Shown here piece after piece: positions 26,811 through 35,769 of a DNA stretch of 53,070 nt. Numbering within the stretch: the stretch's first letter is position 1; each line of letters opens with the position of its first letter. This stretch comes from a virus (taxonomy: Duplodnaviria; Caudoviricetes). The DNA is taken from the IMG/VR virus record IMGVR_UViG_3300020034_000020, positions 1-53,070 of that record, one strand, 5' to 3'. Under the pieces are notes generated by a model. It worked only from the letters and a program-made list of their open reading frames with translations, did not search any database and had not been told where the DNA came from. Made by a program: the position numbers and the translations under genes.

Positions 26811-26825
26811 AACACCCTATCCCCT
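26811..26825. repeat. 15-bp element AACACCCTATCCCCT, copy 2
   Basis: Identical to 16257-16271. Confidence 0.8.
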
Positions 26826-27201
26826 CGCAGTAACAACGGGATACCCTCGAAGATTTTTCAAAGGGGCTAGCCCAACCCCCTAGCGCTCCGAGGGCTCAGC
26901 ATTACGGTAATGTAACGCAAACGCCTGCCCCTCAACGCTCCGTCCCAAGCCAAAGCATTACGGTTTACATTACTGTCAAGTAAAGCATGGCTTGACGGAG
27001 CTCCGAACGAGGCAAAACCTCGCGCGCTATGGGTTTCGGAGGTTTCGAGCGAGTGGTGCGAGCGCCCAAGAAACCGGAGAATCTGCCCCATCCGAGGTAA
27101 GCGGCAGCGTAGGCTTTGCGGAGCGTTAGCGCACCGAGCATCCGCTAGGGGGGTTGAGTGGGGGTTTGACTGTGCCGCAAGTTGTTAGCTATGCGTTGGG
27201 T

Positions 27202-27735
27202 GTGATCGCACCAAAAACTGAGCCTAAGGGACGTGTCCGCTACAGCGCAGCAACGATGGCCAAATGCAAGGCGCTATACGTAGTCAAGGGGATGGGGCCA
27301 ACCGATATATCCAAGGAAACCGGAGTGGCCAATCAAACGGTGCGCCATTGGATCTCGAAAGGCCAATGGATGAGTGAACAGAAAGCACGGCTCACTCGAC
27401 TGGAGAACGTTGCTGTAGCACGTGCAACGGATCAAAATGCAGCGTTTCTGGAGTCTATGGCGGCCCAGAGCGAAGACTTAGCCGAAAGCGGTATGGAAAT
27501 GGCCCGCAAGCACGTTGCGAGCGCAGACGATTACGCAGCACGCAACTTCCAGAGCGCAACCCAAGGGATTAAGAACGTGGTTGACGTGTATTTTAGGGCG
27601 CGAGGTATCGACGGAAAGACTACAGGTTCAACGCTGAACATCGGCTCGGTATACGTGAACAACGTGCCCATCGAACGGGCACTGAAACCCGTTGTGGACC
27701 TAGGGAAGGTCCAACTCCCGGAGGGAAAGGCGTAG
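27202..27735 (+). CDS. Terminase small subunit-like HTH protein
   Basis: KALYVVKGMGPTDISKETGVANQTVRHWISKGQW HTH, helical middle, beta-rich tail. Start uncertain (GTG 27202 or ATG 27255). Confidence 0.6.
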   Translation: MIAPKTEPKGRVRYSAATMAKCKALYVVKGMGPTDISKETGVANQTVRHWISKGQWMSEQKARLTRLENVAVARATDQNAAFLESMAAQSEDLAESGMEMARKHVASADDYAARNFQSATQGIKNVVDVYFRARGIDGKTTGSTLNIGSVYVNNVPIERALKPVVDLGKVQLPEGKA

Positions 27736-27910
27736 TCCGTGCCGTGCCGCGCCGCTTTGGGTGAGGTGTGAGCGACGAGCGACGGCTCAGTGTAGGGCTA
27801 GAGCGGATACGTAGCTTGACCCTCCGGGGGAGGGGGGTGGCCCCCGCCAGCGGAGCCCCGGCCTTCCTGCGCAAACCCCTAACCACAGTGTTGGCTACAC
27901 GTACGGCCCC

Positions 27911-28101
27911 TTATTTATAGACGCAGTCCAACTCCTCCCCTGTGTCGATATCGATCAGTCGCGCGTAGGGTCTGTGAAACCGCGAAGCCTCACGTCTGCC
28001 TCGACGCAAGCGTCTCCTAGGTTCCTGTGGCCGGTGGGCTTCTCCTGAAGCAAGGTGCCGAAGCCGTCCTCGATGCGGATTTTGATGTTATACTCGTTCA
28101 T
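27911..28101 (-). pseudogene. Small gene with an apparent one-base frameshift
   Basis: MNEYNIKIRIEDGFG...DACVEA continues plausibly in the -1 frame as RREASRFHRPYARLIDIDTGEELDCVYK. Confidence 0.4.
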
Positions 28102-28193
28102 AAAGTCACCCCTTTCCACACTGCCGACCCTCACGTACGGCGTTTCCGAATACGCGACGCGTGTTCTGCGCCGACCAAATTAGACAAGCGCTC

Positions 28194-28412
28194 CTAGATA
28201 GTTTCCTCCAACTGTTTTTCCAGGTCCTCAATCCAGGCAATCGTAGAATCGCGGTGCACCCGGCAAATCGTAATCGTGTTGGGCGAGTGGAGGCCGCTTT
28301 TCTGGAGGTCTGAGAGCATCGCATTAAGCTCCGCCAAGACCTCTTTTTTGCGGGCGAGGACGGCCTTCGTGATTTCGAGTTGTTGATTGCTCATAAAAAG
28401 GTGGTTTTTCAT
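28194..28412 (-). CDS. Hypothetical coiled-coil protein
   Basis: Operon context. Confidence 0.55.
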   Translation of the reverse strand: MKNHLFMSNQQLEITKAVLARKKEVLAELNAMLSDLQKSGLHSPNTITICRVHRDSTIAWIEDLEKQLEETI

Positions 28413-28612
28413 CGGCTATACGTAACCCGTTTCCGAATCCCCAGTTTCTCAGCGCAGGCCTTGCAGTAGTCTTTTGCTCGCTGTTGCACCCAGCCTTCCT
28501 TTTTTGCGCTGAGGCGTTGGGCTTTACCGGGCTGGTATTTCGCGTCGCCCTCCGCGTAGGTCATTCCGCAAGGGCCGTCGCAGCCTAGGATGGTTTCGAT
28601 TTTGATGCTCAT
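28409..28612 (-). CDS. Small Zn-finger protein
   Basis: CDGPC...GW.....DYCKAC. Confidence 0.65.
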   Translation of the reverse strand: MSIKIETILGCDGPCGMTYAEGDAKYQPGKAQRLSAKKEGWVQQRAKDYCKACAEKLGIRKRVTYSR

Positions 28613-28618
28613 TAAAAT

Positions 28619-28810
28619 TCACTGTTTCAAAATCCGCTCCATATTCTCGCGGAGCGGAAAGCGCACCGCCGACCCAAGTTTGACTGCGCGCAAAACCCCT
28701 CGCGCTCGAAGCACGTGAACAAACCGTGGCGAAATATTGAGCACTGCCGCCAATTCCGTGTCTTTCACCAGGCGCTCAAAAGCTGGGTCTGGATTGGGCT
28801 TATTCTTCAT
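28619..28810 (-). CDS. Excisionase-like HTH (HTH_17-type) protein
   Basis: ELAAVLNISPRFV..LRARGVL.AVKLGSAVRF. Confidence 0.8.
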   Translation of the reverse strand: MKNKPNPDPAFERLVKDTELAAVLNISPRFVHVLRARGVLRAVKLGSAVRFPLRENMERILKQ

Positions 28811-29099
28811 CGCTTCCGAGATCCGCTGGTAGGCTGTGTAAATATTCGAGGAGCGACGCCAAGTGAATAAGACGCCTGCCCTTTGCGGTTCCCGGCCGCC
28901 GAAGGTTTATGCTCTTCACTAGCGGCTTGTATCCGTTTTCCTTACACGGAAGAACCAGGATGTTTAACGAGGATCGTCCAAGCGAAGTATAAGGACAAGG
29001 CGTGCCGGGTTTTGGCAGGCCGATAAACTCGGGCCGCGGTGGAGCGCCGCCGACTTTGATTTGGGCGGTCGTGTAAAGCGTCTTTTTCAGCTTTGGCAT
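28800..29099 (-). CDS. Verrucomicrobia-type excisionase-like DNA-binding protein
   Basis: PEFIGLPKPGTPCPYTSLGRSSLN.L.LP...VKS..LRRPG...G.RLIHLASLLEYL; family recalled from memory, not searched. Confidence 0.7.
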   Translation of the reverse strand: MPKLKKTLYTTAQIKVGGAPPRPEFIGLPKPGTPCPYTSLGRSSLNILVLPCKENGYKPLVKSINLRRPGTAKGRRLIHLASLLEYLHSLPADLGSDEE

Positions 29100-29145
29100 A
29101 AAAGTCAGTCTTCCTCCGCCGCGGCCGTTTTCGTGTCCATAAAAT

Positions 29146-29544
29146 TCACCCAACCCAGGGTTGCGGGGCGGGCCTCGGTCCATCCTCGCCATTCAGCCGT
29201 GCCCGGACGAGTCCCAGGATCTCCAGCGCTTGCCCCACCTCCTGGAAAATCTGCACGCGTTTCAGTTCGTCCCGAGGCAAGTTGTGGAGTTTGTCGAGTT
29301 CCTCTCGTGCCTTCGTCAGTTTGAGGCGGAGCGAGGTTTCGCTGCCCTTGGAAATCGCCAGTTGGGAGTAGAGCTCGCTATGCTTTTTTTCCAGCTCACG
29401 GATGCGCCCTCTTTGCGTTTGGAGTTCGCGTTCGAGGGCTTCACGCATTTCAAGCACCTCGCGGGCGTGGGCCGTCCTCATTTCGATAAGGTCTTTTTTC
29501 AGTTGGTCGGCGAGTCGGTTTCGCACTGGGGGTTTTCGCTTCAT
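29146..29544 (-). CDS. Coiled-coil protein
   Basis: Heptad-rich E/L/R/K sequence. Confidence 0.65.
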   Translation of the reverse strand: MKRKPPVRNRLADQLKKDLIEMRTAHAREVLEMREALERELQTQRGRIRELEKKHSELYSQLAISKGSETSLRLKLTKAREELDKLHNLPRDELKRVQIFQEVGQALEILGLVRARLNGEDGPRPAPQPWVG

Positions 29545-29768
29545 AAAGTCAATCCTCCTTCGTATGGGTCCGTCCCCTCAAATGACGGGTCGTCCACCGC
29601 CCCACAGGTGTTTTTCGCCCAGGCGTCGCACGTATAGCCGCCCGTGGTGTAACGCGAGTTCTGTGGAGAACTCCGGCTTAGACAGAGGGCATTTAGCGGT
29701 CCGCCTCCCTCGCAGAAGGCCACCCGTTCCGACCAATAACGGCAGGTCTCGCAGATTTTCGGGGTCAT
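29541..29768 (-). CDS. Small Cys-rich protein
   Basis: CETCRYW...ALC...CDAW; ATG 29768 coupled. Confidence 0.65.
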   Translation of the reverse strand: MTPKICETCRYWSERVAFCEGGGPLNALCLSRSSPQNSRYTTGGYTCDAWAKNTCGAVDDPSFEGTDPYEGGLTL

Positions 29769-30145
29769 GGTTTCTCTTCCCGCTTTATATCCACCGCGTC
29801 CCGGATCGTCCGTTTGCGGTCGGTGTCGCCATCCCACAGGCCGAGGCCCCAATCGACCGCCCACTCAGTGCCCTCGGTTTTCTCCAGCCAGTCCATTCGC
29901 GCGGTGTCCTCCGCGACGATCGCCACGCTTTTCGCGAGTTCGTTGATTCGCTCTGCGTGCCGGTCGACGAGCGCGGTCAAACGCTCCAGGGCGGCTTCTA
30001 ACTCAGAATTCCTCGCCCGTAGGGCGCGCAACCCCTGGGTGGCCTGCGCGAAATCTCGGTCACAGGTCTCACTCCATGCCTCGCCGCATTTGATGACCGA
30101 ACGGAAAAAGGCTAAACAGTTTTCGGGTGTAGTGGAGTCATTCAT
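29765..30145 (-). CDS. Hypothetical phage protein
   Basis: DTARMDWLE...TIRDAVD motif; ATG 30145 coupled. Confidence 0.65.
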   Translation of the reverse strand: MNDSTTPENCLAFFRSVIKCGEAWSETCDRDFAQATQGLRALRARNSELEAALERLTALVDRHAERINELAKSVAIVAEDTARMDWLEKTEGTEWAVDWGLGLWDGDTDRKRTIRDAVDIKREEKP

Positions 30146-30579
30146 GGTTTCAAAGCTTTCTCCGCCCACGCGGCTAAATTCGCGGCGCAATCGGCATCAC
30201 TCGTGAACAATTCAGACCGGGCCTCGTAGGATTCTTTTATTTTCAATAGCGCGGCCTCCGCTTCCTCCGCCCGATCATTCACCCACTTCCCATTCCACGA
30301 CATGCCGGGGGCGAGATAGGCGTCAATCATGGGCTGCATCTTTTTGATATAAGCCTCCAGCTCGGCGATGCGAACCTTCGCCTTGTCCGCGCGCTCGGCC
30401 TCGAATTCGATGTTCTCCTCCGCGAGCACGAGTAGGGCGCGAAGTTCCTCGGCGTTGAGTTCTTCCTTTGGTTTCGCGAGCCAGACATAGCGGCACTGCG
30501 GACACCGCCAGCCAAAGAGCGGGGCGCCCGTAGCTTCGACTTTTGCGCCGCACGCCGGGCATGGGTCCATGTCACTCAT
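30142..30579 (-). CDS. Zn-ribbon plus coiled-coil protein
   Basis: CPACG...CPQC; ATG 30579 coupled. Confidence 0.65.
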   Translation of the reverse strand: MSDMDPCPACGAKVEATGAPLFGWRCPQCRYVWLAKPKEELNAEELRALLVLAEENIEFEAERADKAKVRIAELEAYIKKMQPMIDAYLAPGMSWNGKWVNDRAEEAEAALLKIKESYEARSELFTSDADCAANLAAWAEKALKP

Positions 30580-30785
30580 GGCCGTTTCTCCTCGGGCTTC
30601 CAGCTCGTCCACGTCACCCGAACATTTCGGCAGCACTTGAACTCCTGCTCGCATTTGCCGCACGTGTGCTCGATTTCGTCGCCGTCATCGCCCTTTAACT
30701 CCCAAGCGTCCCGGACCTTGTGGGCACAGAAAGGGCAAACGGGTTCCCGTGTGTAGTCGCAGTCGATTGGCTCCGGCTCACTCAT
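30576..30785 (-). CDS. Small Zn-ribbon protein
   Basis: CPFC...CGKC. Confidence 0.7.
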   Translation of the reverse strand: MSEPEPIDCDYTREPVCPFCAHKVRDAWELKGDDGDEIEHTCGKCEQEFKCCRNVRVTWTSWKPEEKRP

Positions 30786-31006
30786 GGCGTCACCGGCAAT
30801 TCTGCTTGAACTTCCAGCCCTTCCACCCCGGCCTTTTTGGCCTCGGCTTCGGCGGCGGTCTTAAATTTCCAGAGGCCTGTATCGTCGCCACCAATACGCC
30901 ACTTGCGGTTATGGAGAACTTCCACGACGTGGTATTGCTCGACTTTGATGCCCTTATCCTGGCCGGTTAGGTAGAGCTGGGTTTTAATTCGGGCTTTTAG
31001 TTTCAT
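30782..31006 (-). CDS. Hypothetical protein
   Basis: Operon context. Confidence 0.6.
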   Translation of the reverse strand: MKLKARIKTQLYLTGQDKGIKVEQYHVVEVLHNRKWRIGGDDTGLWKFKTAAEAEAKKAGVEGLEVQAELPVTP

Positions 31007-31169
31007 GGGGCGTCTTGGTTTTCTTGGACTTGATTTGAATAGTGATGGTGGATTCAGGGGCCAGGGCCGCGATCAGATACACGGACTTTAACTCCGGCCA
31101 GACGTTCGCGAGCGCCTCAAGTTGCTCCAAGGTGAGCGGGATTTTCTTCGTTTCCCAGGTGGGCTTCAT
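30984..31169 (-). CDS. Hypothetical protein
   Basis: Operon context. Confidence 0.55.
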   Translation of the reverse strand: MKPTWETKKIPLTLEQLEALANVWPELKSVYLIAALAPESTITIQIKSKKTKTPHETKSPN

Positions 31170-31483
31170 GATCGCTCTTTGATAATCCGGTCTAGTTCCG
31201 CGCGGCTTAATATGAGCTTGGGTTCACGCGCAGCGTTGGGGTCTCCGTGGTCGACAATAAGGAGGTCGGTTTGGTCACTGAAAACATAGTCTAGGCGGCG
31301 CTTGTCGGCCTCCGCCGAATCCTTGACGCGCATCGACCCCGCCATAAAAACAACCAGGTTTCCGGCCTGGAGGGTGACTTCGTCGTTGGGTCCTTGGGTT
31401 AGGGCGAGCTTCGCTTTAACAATCTCCATCACCTCCTCGAACTCGGCTTTCGATGGCTTAAAAGGATCTACGGTTTCGTTCAT
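31166..31483 (-). CDS. Hypothetical protein
   Basis: DKRRLDY...RAELD motif similar to 29765..30145. Confidence 0.6.
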   Translation of the reverse strand: MNETVDPFKPSKAEFEEVMEIVKAKLALTQGPNDEVTLQAGNLVVFMAGSMRVKDSAEADKRRLDYVFSDQTDLLIVDHGDPNAAREPKLILSRAELDRIIKERS

Positions 31484-31486
31484 AGT

Positions 31487-31660
31487 TTACTCCACTGATT
31501 TCCCATCTTCCGCGTAGGCCTTCTGGAAATGCGCCTCGGCGGCCTTCAGGTTTTCTAAAAGAACGAATTCCGGTGTATCCACAGAAGGATTACGTTTCTC
31601 CAGTGACTCGATTAGCCGGCGAATGGCCGTCAGGAGGTAACTGGGGTCGGGGTCGGTCAT
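31487..31660 (-). CDS. Hypothetical protein, 57 aa (not in the ORF track)
   Basis: MTDPDPSYLLTAIRRLIESLEK...; fills the gap and is ATGA-coupled. Confidence 0.55.
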   Translation of the reverse strand: MTDPDPSYLLTAIRRLIESLEKRNPSVDTPEFVLLENLKAAEAHFQKAYAEDGKSVE

Positions 31661-31854
31661 GGCCTCTCCTTCGCAAGGTTAATCATGACGTCTTCGAAGT
31701 GGCCTCTGGCTTTCACGTCGTCGACTAAGGCCCGCCAGACTTCATTTAGGAGGGCCACCTCCTCCGCGTCCAAGGTGACGCCGGTCTTTTTTTCGACACA
31801 GTAGCCCACTTTAAACATCAGGTCGCGCAAGCGGATTTGCCGGGAAATCGTCAC
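31657..31854 (-). CDS. Hypothetical protein
   Basis: Coupled operon gene. Confidence 0.55.
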   Translation of the reverse strand: MTISRQIRLRDLMFKVGYCVEKKTGVTLDAEEVALLNEVWRALVDDVKARGHFEDVMINLAKERP

Positions 31855-32276
31855 GTCAAAACCAGTTCCTTTTCTGCTTCGGTTTCAGGCAGCCAGCTGT
31901 CAGAGGCGATTTCCAACAGGGCGTCCACTTCTATCTCGGCCAAGAGTTGCGCCGAACGCTCCTCGATCTTTTGAAAAGTGTCCAAGGCCCACTTCATGCA
32001 GCCCCGGACATCGTCGGCGTCAGCCTCGGCGTAATGCCGCCACGCCCGGCTAATCTCGGTATAGAACCGTGCCCCCAGTTCCGCCAGTTCGTCGTCCATC
32101 GGCGCCCCGACATTTGTTCGCGGCAGGCTGGCGCACTGGTTTCCACAAGCACAGGTCGGCCAGACTTCGGAGAGGAGGAGCGCTTCATGCAAATCGAGCG
32201 CCGTCCAATAATTCCGCCGCAAAAATTCCAGCCAGTTAAACGGCTTTTGGCCGATACTCTCCGCATAGGTTTTCAT
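31851..32276 (-). CDS. Hypothetical phage protein
   Basis: W.TCACG...P.D..L..LG..F motif. Confidence 0.7.
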   Translation of the reverse strand: MKTYAESIGQKPFNWLEFLRRNYWTALDLHEALLLSEVWPTCACGNQCASLPRTNVGAPMDDELAELGARFYTEISRAWRHYAEADADDVRGCMKWALDTFQKIEERSAQLLAEIEVDALLEIASDSWLPETEAEKELVLT

Positions 32277-32278
32277 GG

Positions 32279-32470
32279 TTAGTTTTCGTTTTCTTTTTTG
32301 TTCAGTCGGATCAAAATATTCAGCGCCCGGAGCACCGTCACGCCGTCCAAAAAACGCACCGTCACGGTGTGCTCCTTCAAGTCATAGGCCCGGTCTAATT
32401 CTCGTTCGAACCGCTCCACGGCTTCCATCAGTTCGCGCGAGTCGAGTTTGTCTGCGGAGTCGTGGGACAT
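32279..32470 (-). CDS. Hypothetical protein
   Basis: Operon context. Confidence 0.55.
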   Translation of the reverse strand: MSHDSADKLDSRELMEAVERFERELDRAYDLKEHTVTVRFLDGVTVLRALNILIRLNKKENEN

Positions 32471-32625
32471 TTTCCATTCAAAGTTCTGCGGGCAAGGTCG
32501 CCCCGCTCAAAATTAAAGTCATTGGTGGTCGCGCGGGCGTAGAATTCCAAGGCCCTGCGCAGACGGCTGTTTTCCTCGGCCAGGTTTGGGCGCTCCTCCG
32601 CTTTTTCGTCACTTTCGGTATCCAT
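32428..32625 (-). CDS. Hypothetical protein
   Basis: EN.RLRRALEFYA...GDLARR.L motif; first gene of the operon. Confidence 0.6.
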   Translation of the reverse strand: MDTESDEKAEERPNLAEENSRLRRALEFYARATTNDFNFERGDLARRTLNGKCPTTPQTNSTRAN

Positions 32626-32874
32626 AAATATAACACGTCGTTAAATCGGGTGGGGCTTGGCGGGCGCCGTCTTTTTTCTCCGCAGGCCTTAACGTCACTT
32701 TCCGCATATGCGAGACATGTGCGCAAGTTCTCGCATTTGTCTAGCCCGATTTTTTATAAGGGAGGATTAAAGTGGGGGTTAGCGTGTACCGTTTACTTCA
32801 AAAAGAAAGACCGGGTGGTATTGGTTTCGCCTGGGGAGTTGCGTCTCCCCAGGCCTTCCCTTTGGCTGGGAACC

Positions 32875-33078
32875 ATGAAGTGGTATTTCCGGCTGAAAGG
32901 TGTTCATATGCAGGTCAGGGTTTTCATGAATGGAGCCCACTGCGGCAACCTCACTTTCCGAGAGGAAGAATTTCGCGTCCTCTTAGGTCTCCTCCGGGGC
33001 CGGGTCCTTTTCTACGCGGAGGACGAAGAGCCCAAAGAAAACCTTCCGCCGGAAACCCCCGTCCCCGGTTCCACGTAG
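32875..33078 (+). CDS. Hypothetical protein upstream of terL
   Basis: MKWYFRLKGVHMQVRVF...; preceded by a 10-bp hairpin at 32829-32854. Confidence 0.55.
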   Translation: MKWYFRLKGVHMQVRVFMNGAHCGNLTFREEEFRVLLGLLRGRVLFYAEDEEPKENLPPETPVPGST

Positions 33079-33166
33079 AACAAGGGGTTACCCTTTAGAT
33101 TGCCATAAGAATGGCATTCTTATAGCCGTGGCCCATGCGCGAACGGCCTCCAAGGGGTAACCTGGT

Positions 33167-34954
33167 ATGAGTGACGGCTGGAAAAAGCCGCCGCCGGGGC
33201 ACGACCTAATTTACGGGAGCTTTTGGCCCAAGGGCGCTTCGCTCCTGGCCTTGGAACTGGCCTGCTACCGTGAAAACCGTCAGCCGGTGGACGGCGGCCT
33301 CGGGGCCTATAAACATTTTCGCAACGCCTGGCGGATCGTCTGGCCGCACTTCGAGTGGAACGACTGGGCGAAAATCATCGTGGAGGCGTGGTGCGAATAT
33401 TCGCGGATTTCGATCATGGGACACGGCGCGGCCGGGAAGACCTACGTCGTCGCCTTCTGCAGTTACCTCGATTGGCTGGCCGAACCCTTCACGACCATGA
33501 CTAGTTTAACCACAGTCACGGCGGACGGCCTTAGGCTGCGGATGTGGGGCGACTTGATGCGCGCCCATGAGTCGGTGCAACCCGAAGTGCGGCAAATGCT
33601 CAAGGTCTACTCCTCGTCCAATCGCATGAACGTCATGTTCGACGTCGAGGCGGCCGGAGGGATGAAAACCCACGAATTCGATAAATACATTATCGAGGGG
33701 ATGGCCACCAGTCGGACGGCCGACGCCAGTGGAAGAATTCGCGGAAAGCACGCCCCGCGCAAGCGGCTCGTGTTAGACGAGGCCGACGACATGCCGACGG
33801 TCATTTACGAGACGTTTGCCAACGTCATGACCGATCCGGATTGGAAGATCGTGGACATGAGTAACGCGATCGACCGCTACACCGACTTCGGCAAAGCCTG
33901 TGAGCCGGTCGGAGGATGGGGCGCGATTCACGACACGGATTTATTTTGGAAGACCAAGGCAGGCGGAATTTGCATTCACTTGGACGGATTGCAAAACCCG
34001 AACGTTAAGGTGGGGCTAATCGACGGGAAAAAGCGCTACGCCTATATGCTGGGGCCCACGGAAATCGAGGACATCCGTAAGCAATTCGGCGAACAGTCCA
34101 AAGAGTGGTGGAGTTACGTGCGGGGATTTTTCCCACCGGACGGGATTGTGGCCCGGGTCTGGCCCTCGGCGTCCATTGAGCGAGCCCGCCAAATCTTGGA
34201 GTTCGACTTTGCCCCCGAAGGGTGCGCCGCGCTTGACCCGGCATTTTCTTACGACGATTGCGTGCTTCACCGTGGCGAAAAAGGAAAACTCCGCGACGGC
34301 CGGATGGCGATCAATGGCTGCGAGTCGGTCCGCATCCAGGTGAAGCAAGGCCCAGGAATGGAGCCCGAGGACTACCAGGTGGCCCATGAAGTCATGCGTC
34401 TATGCGCCCTCTGGGGGGTAACCCCCAGGAATTTCATCCAGGATAAAACCGGCAACGCGCGCGGGGTCTACGCGATTCTCCAGAAGGAATGGTCCCCGGA
34501 CGTCGTGGGCATTAACTACGGGGGCGAGGCGACCGAACGCCCGCTCCGCGCCGGCCAAACCGACAAGGCCAACGACGTCGTCCGCTACTTCGTTTCCGAA
34601 CTGTGGTTCCGCGCCTCGTATTTGGCTTACGATGGGCTTCTCGGCGGACTCGACCGGCTGAACAAAAAGACCCTCGATGACCTCCACGTTCGCCGCTACG
34701 AGAATAAGCAATTCACCAAGGGCAAACTTTCCCAGGTCGAGACCAAGGACGAACTAAAAAAGCGGCTCGGCCGCTCGCCCGACAATGGCGACGCCTATTG
34801 CCAATTTTCGGAACTCCTCGTGATGGATTTCGCTCTCCAGGCGAAGAAGGACGCGAACTTGCCGGTCAGCCAAAAGTGGCACGCCCAGCGGCTCCGCGCG
34901 CAAAAGGCGGCTCGGATATACGAGCGGGAGTATGTCGACGTGGAAACGTGGTAG
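33167..34954 (+). CDS. terL: Terminase large subunit
   Basis: Walker A GHGAAGKT, Walker B LVLDEADD, nuclease ALDPA, KDELKKRLGRSPDNGDA. Confidence 0.92.
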   Translation: MSDGWKKPPPGHDLIYGSFWPKGASLLALELACYRENRQPVDGGLGAYKHFRNAWRIVWPHFEWNDWAKIIVEAWCEYSRISIMGHGAAGKTYVVAFCSYLDWLAEPFTTMTSLTTVTADGLRLRMWGDLMRAHESVQPEVRQMLKVYSSSNRMNVMFDVEAAGGMKTHEFDKYIIEGMATSRTADASGRIRGKHAPRKRLVLDEADDMPTVIYETFANVMTDPDWKIVDMSNAIDRYTDFGKACEPVGGWGAIHDTDLFWKTKAGGICIHLDGLQNPNVKVGLIDGKKRYAYMLGPTEIEDIRKQFGEQSKEWWSYVRGFFPPDGIVARVWPSASIERARQILEFDFAPEGCAALDPAFSYDDCVLHRGEKGKLRDGRMAINGCESVRIQVKQGPGMEPEDYQVAHEVMRLCALWGVTPRNFIQDKTGNARGVYAILQKEWSPDVVGINYGGEATERPLRAGQTDKANDVVRYFVSELWFRASYLAYDGLLGGLDRLNKKTLDDLHVRRYENKQFTKGKLSQVETKDELKKRLGRSPDNGDAYCQFSELLVMDFALQAKKDANLPVSQKWHAQRLRAQKAARIYEREYVDVETW

Positions 34955-34974
34955 GTGTTCTGTTTTTTCTTGAA

Positions 34975-34994
34975 CACAAGGGTATACCCTTGTG
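34975..34994. promoter_or_regulatory. 20-bp perfect palindrome CACAAGGGTATACCCTTGTG
   Basis: Longest copy of the motif; intergenic, after terL. Confidence 0.78.
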
Positions 34995-35004
34995 AGTTAA
35001 GGCC

Positions 35005-35496
35005 ATGGTCGAAATGGCTGCTATGTCCACCGCCTTTTGCGGGCTCGCGAATAAGTATGGTGCTGGTGGGACTATTGCGCCGGTAGGCGCCCATGGCCTC
35101 TTAGCGAAGCCGAAAGATTGGGACCAGCGAATGGGCCAAAACCTCATGCAGCTCGCGCGCGGCGGCTACCAGCCCGTCGATACCAGCGCCGGAATTTCCA
35201 TCCTCACCCAAAAATCTATGTCCAAACGTCTCGTCCGTGTTTTCCTCGTCGACCCCAACGAAAGCGTTCCGCTCGACTCCTCGATGCTCTATAAGTCCGA
35301 TGAGAAATTGACCGATCTCACCGACCAGGAGCTTTTCTTCGAAATCCCCGTCCAGGAGTTGCTCACGAAACACAACGCGCTGCGCGTGACCCTCGTCGAC
35401 AAGGCGGGCTCGAAGCGCAGCAATAAAGACGTGATGCTGGAGCCCGCGAAAATTCGCGACCTCACCATGACGGTCCTCGTTCTTGAGACGTGGTAA
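35005..35496 (+). CDS. Hypothetical phage protein
   Basis: Globular C-terminal ~90 aa (RLVRVFLVDP...); start uncertain. Confidence 0.65.
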   Translation: MVEMAAMSTAFCGLANKYGAGGTIAPVGAHGLLAKPKDWDQRMGQNLMQLARGGYQPVDTSAGISILTQKSMSKRLVRVFLVDPNESVPLDSSMLYKSDEKLTDLTDQELFFEIPVQELLTKHNALRVTLVDKAGSKRSNKDVMLEPAKIRDLTMTVLVLETW

Positions 35497-35769
35497 ATGA
35501 ACCTCCAGGAGCGCATCGACAGCCATTTTCAGGGGCGAGCGACCATTGAATCTCAGGAGTTGGAGTGGCATAAAGAGTTCGGGATTCTGATGCGCGCCCA
35601 GCGGATCGCTTGCGGCATGAGTATTCGCTCGATGGCCATCCTCCTCGAACTGGCTCCCTCCGGCCTCTGCGACTACGAAAACGGCAAGCGCCGCTGGACC
35701 CCGGAACTGGCCAAGACCTACCTCTCGATCGTGGAGTATAAGGCCAATATTCTTCATGGCGTATCTTAA
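35497..35769 (+). CDS. XRE/Cro-C1 HTH regulator
   Basis: MRAQRIACGMSIRSMA..L.LAPSGLCDYENGKRRW. Confidence 0.82.
   Translation: MNLQERIDSHFQGRATIESQELEWHKEFGILMRAQRIACGMSIRSMAILLELAPSGLCDYENGKRRWTPELAKTYLSIVEYKANILHGVS

Noticed and set aside
27826-27845. G-quadruplex
   Set aside because: Only two long G tracts plus GG; kept only as a possible packaging-site feature.
32703-32736. Short palindromes (CGCATATGCG; ATGCGAGA/TCTCGCAT) in the divergent intergenic region
   Set aside because: May be operators, but I found no further copies to support them.
32275-32874. N-terminal extension of the 267-aa ORF
   Set aside because: Overlaps minus-strand genes and the divergent promoter region; only 32875-33078 looks coding.
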